Below, in pieces: positions 50,512 to 53,159 of a DNA stretch of 53,159 bases. Origin of the DNA: a virus (Duplodnaviria; Heunggongvirae; Uroviricota; Caudoviricetes); the IMG/VR virus record IMGVR_UViG_2711768002_000013. The stretch is one strand, 5' to 3'. The notes under the pieces were generated by a model. It had not been told where the DNA came from. It was given only the letters and a program-made list of their open reading frames with translations, and ran no database searches. Position 1 is the first letter of the stretch, and each line of letters opens with the position of its first letter. The position numbers and the translations under genes are program-made.

Positions 50512-50559
50512 CACTGTATTTGTATACAGTATTATTTTTAACTGTATGGATAAACAGTG
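50512..50559. promoter_or_regulatory. Two tandem LexA (SOS) boxes in the int-dinI intergenic region
   Basis: CACTGTATTTGTATACAGTA (50512..50531) and AACTGTATGGATAAACAGTG (50540..50559), both CTGT-N8-ACAG with AT-rich spacers. Confidence 0.7.
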
Positions 50560-51657
50560 TCAAGAGGTCTTATTTCTGCTCCTTTGGAGTTCTTCAAAAC
50601 GATTATGTAAAGATTTCGGATACAGTTCGGTATATACCTGCCATAGCACGTTTAATGAACGATGCCCTGTAACCTGAGCGACTTCCTCAATACTAAAACC
50701 AGCCTCAAATAAGCGACTTGCCCCTTCTCTACGCAAATCATGGTATCTCAGATCTTTAATACCTAATTTGCTTCTTACCCTCTGAAATCCTGCGGTAACA
50801 GAAGTGCTGTTATATGGAAAAATGAATTCTGATTTTTTGGGTTGTCGCTGGACGATATCCCAGGCTTCCCCAAGCAAGGCAACTTTCATATGGTTGCCTT
50901 CCTTTTTACGTGGATCTTTCCTGTCTCTTACTAGTATAGATTTTTGTTCCTGGTCGAGATCTTCCCATCGTAACCGGCATACTTCTCCGATTCGCATACA
51001 GGACCACACAGAAAATTTGAGGATATCAACGAACGGAATTTTTGAGCATTTATGAGTAGATCGTTGTTGAAGGCCTTCAATGAGCATGTTCAGTTCATCA
51101 GATGCTGGTCTACGATTACGACGGTTTGATTTACCAATCAAACCGAGTTTAAGTAGATATGGACGAGCGCTTTTCGCCGGGTTTGATGTGTAATTGATTC
51201 CGTATACAGGTTTTGCCGCATCCAGAACACTGCCAAGATAACTAACATCGTGGCTGACTGTTGCTGGGCCTGCACCAGCGTTGTTTCTTAGCCTGCAATG
51301 TTCAATTACGTCATTTTCTGTCAGTTCAGATAGTTTGATCGCGGAGATGTCACTATCCATAAGCAGTTCCAGCACATATCTTTTAGTACGGCCTGCTTTA
51401 CCTCCGGCATTTGGGTCATTTAAATATTTGTGTAGTAAGTCACGGACTGTAAGTCCGTCAACAGCATTTGATGATGGAATGCCATATAGATCTAATTCCA
51501 TCACTTTCTGTGCGCCCCATGTTTTGGCATGAGCATGTTTAGGGAATGTTTTGCTTTCCCTGTAAGTGATAACACCTTTTTCTTTGATAATCACATTACA
51601 GCGATAGCGTGGTGTGCCATCGGATTTTAGTCGTTTCTCTATGTTATAGTACGCCAT
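50560..51657 (-). CDS. Tyrosine integrase adjacent to the dusA 5' end
   Basis: 365 aa with tyrosine-recombinase region (..RYHDLRREGASRLFEAGFSIEEVAQVTGHRSLNVLWQVY..); start 88 bp from and divergent to dusA. Confidence 0.85.
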   Translation of the reverse strand: MAYYNIEKRLKSDGTPRYRCNVIIKEKGVITYRESKTFPKHAHAKTWGAQKVMELDLYGIPSSNAVDGLTVRDLLHKYLNDPNAGGKAGRTKRYVLELLMDSDISAIKLSELTENDVIEHCRLRNNAGAGPATVSHDVSYLGSVLDAAKPVYGINYTSNPAKSARPYLLKLGLIGKSNRRNRRPASDELNMLIEGLQQRSTHKCSKIPFVDILKFSVWSCMRIGEVCRLRWEDLDQEQKSILVRDRKDPRKKEGNHMKVALLGEAWDIVQRQPKKSEFIFPYNSTSVTAGFQRVRSKLGIKDLRYHDLRREGASRLFEAGFSIEEVAQVTGHRSLNVLWQVYTELYPKSLHNRFEELQRSRNKTS

Positions 51658-51745
51658 TACACGACCTCGTTATTTCGGGTTCCCATAAAGCGTGGGAACC
51701 TGTGCGGGAACCTAACGCGAGAAAAATAGCCTGAAATGTTCAAAA

Positions 51746-52783
51746 ATGCACGATAATCCTGAAACACAGAAAACTAATCAAACCAGCGTGATGCCTGAAA
51801 AAACTGGCGCTTACTGGAGTTCTCGGTTTAGCATTGCTCCTATGCTCGACTGGACGGACAGACATTGCCGCTATTTCTTGCGTCTGCTTTCCCGCAATAC
51901 GTTGCTGTATACCGAAATGGTGACCACAGGGGCGATTATTCACGGTAAAGGTGATTACCTGGCGTACAGTGAAGAAGAACATCCGGTAGCGTTGCAACTC
52001 GGCGGTAGCGATCCGGCGGCGCTGGCACAGTGTGCGAAGCTGGCAGAAGCGCGTGGATATGATGAGATCAACCTGAATGTCGGCTGCCCGTCTGACCGGG
52101 TGCAGAACGGCATGTTTGGTGCGTGTCTGATGGGTAATGCGCAGCTGGTTGCCGACTGCGTGAAAGCGATGCGCGATGTGGTGTCGATTCCAGTGACGGT
52201 GAAAACGCGTATTGGCATCGATGACCAGGACAGCTATGAATTTCTCTGCGATTTCATCAACACCGTTTCCGGCAAAGGCGAGTGTGAGATGTTTATCATC
52301 CACGCACGTAAAGCCTGGCTTTCGGGGTTAAGCCCGAAAGAAAACCGTGAAATCCCGCCACTCGATTATCCGCGTGTGTATCAACTGAAGCGTGACTTTC
52401 CGCATCTGACAATGTCGATTAACGGTGGTATCAAGTCGCTGGAAGAGGCCAAAGCACACCTGCAACATATGGATGGCGTGATGGTCGGGCGCGAGGCGTA
52501 TCAGAATCCGGGTATTCTGGCGGCGGTAGACCGGGAGATCTTTGGTTCCTCGGATACCGATGCCGATCCGGTGGCGGTAGTGCGCGCCATGTATCCGTAC
52601 ATTGAGCGTGAACTCAGCCAGGGGACGTATCTCGGCCATATTACCCGGCATATGTTGGGCTTGTTCCAGGGTATTCCTGGCGCGCGGCAGTGGCGGCGTT
52701 ATTTAAGTGAAAATGCCCATAAAGCGGGTGCAGACATTAATGTGCTGGAACACGCGCTCAAACTGGTGGCGGATAAGCGTTAA
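51746..52783 (+). CDS. dusA: tRNA-dihydrouridine synthase A
   Basis: 345-aa ORF with Dus-family motifs (..[16 protein letters not shown].., ..[10 protein letters not shown].., ..VTVKTRIG..); pspG follows as in the E. coli chromosome. Confidence 0.9.
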   Translation: MHDNPETQKTNQTSVMPEKTGAYWSSRFSIAPMLDWTDRHCRYFLRLLSRNTLLYTEMVTTGAIIHGKGDYLAYSEEEHPVALQLGGSDPAALAQCAKLAEARGYDEINLNVGCPSDRVQNGMFGACLMGNAQLVADCVKAMRDVVSIPVTVKTRIGIDDQDSYEFLCDFINTVSGKGECEMFIIHARKAWLSGLSPKENREIPPLDYPRVYQLKRDFPHLTMSINGGIKSLEEAKAHLQHMDGVMVGREAYQNPGILAAVDREIFGSSDTDADPVAVVRAMYPYIERELSQGTYLGHITRHMLGLFQGIPGARQWRRYLSENAHKAGADINVLEHALKLVADKR

Positions 52784-52814
52784 CTTTTCACCAAAAAGTA
52801 GTCAAATTCACCAC

Positions 52815-52841
52815 GCCCTGCGCACCGTCGCGGGGCGTTTT
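52815..52841 (+). terminator. Intrinsic terminator after dusA
   Basis: GCCCTGCG-CACCGT-CGCGGGGC stem followed by GTTTT. Confidence 0.5.
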
Positions 52842-52865
52842 GCTGTTAAATCAATAGATTATTTT

Positions 52866-52881
52866 TGGCATGATTCTTGTA
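52866..52881 (+). promoter_or_regulatory. Possible sigma54-type promoter upstream of pspG
   Basis: TGGCAT-N5-TTGTA approximates the -24/-12 consensus TGGCAC-N5-TTGCA; about 35 nt upstream of the pspG ATG. Confidence 0.35.
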
Positions 52882-52916
52882 ATGCCAGCAAGAGATTTCA
52901 TATTTGGGAGAGCATC

Positions 52917-53159
52917 ATGCTGGAACTACTTTTTGTGATTGGCTTTTTTGTCATGCTGATGGTCACCGGCGTTTCGTTGCTGGGCATTATCGCCGCGCTG
53001 GTTGTGGCGACGGCCATTATGTTCCTCGGCGGTATGCTGGCATTGATGATTAAGTTGCTGCCGTGGTTACTACTGGCGATTGCGGTGGTGTGGGTTATTA
53101 AGGCGATTAAAGCACCAAAAGTGCCGAAATATCAGCGTTATGACCGCTGGCGTTACTAA
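52917..53159 (+). CDS. pspG: Phage shock protein G
   Basis: 80-aa hydrophobic protein MLELLFVIGFFVMLMVTGVSLLGIIAALVV...; GGGAGAG Shine-Dalgarno; stop is the last codon of the window. Confidence 0.85.
   Translation: MLELLFVIGFFVMLMVTGVSLLGIIAALVVATAIMFLGGMLALMIKLLPWLLLAIAVVWVIKAIKAPKVPKYQRYDRWRY

Overview
The window is almost entirely one lambdoid, Rac-like prophage (about 1..48.0 kb) followed by a small reverse-transcriptase module, a dinI-like gene and a second integrase that abuts host dusA and pspG at the right edge. Prophage order is intR-xis-ralR-recT-recE-racC-kilR / sieB / repressor, then cro-like and cII-like genes, replication genes (ydaU with an iteron cluster, dnaC-like ydaV), an AT-rich two-gene cargo cassette, a nin-like region with a Q-like gene, two TolA-domain-III-like lipoprotein genes, the lysis cassette (S21-type pinholin, SAR endolysin, Rz/Rz1), trkG, terminase, portal, capsid and a lambda-like tail (G/G-T, tape measure, M, L, K, I, J, lom, stf, tfa). 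The most unusual content is (1) a reverse transcriptase with a YVDD box, co-oriented with an overlapping small membrane protein and a structured ~150-nt leader, sitting downstream of an SOS-boxed dinI-like gene; (2) the tandem TolA-C-terminal-domain-like lipoproteins with their own promoter and terminator; (3) the low-GC two-gene cassette of unknown function. ralR carries a premature stop and lom and stf are frameshifted, so the prophage may be partly decayed or the sequence may contain errors. All calls rest on reading the sequence and on recalled protein families; no database search was run, and gene symbols are given only where I recognise the K-12 Rac or host homologue.
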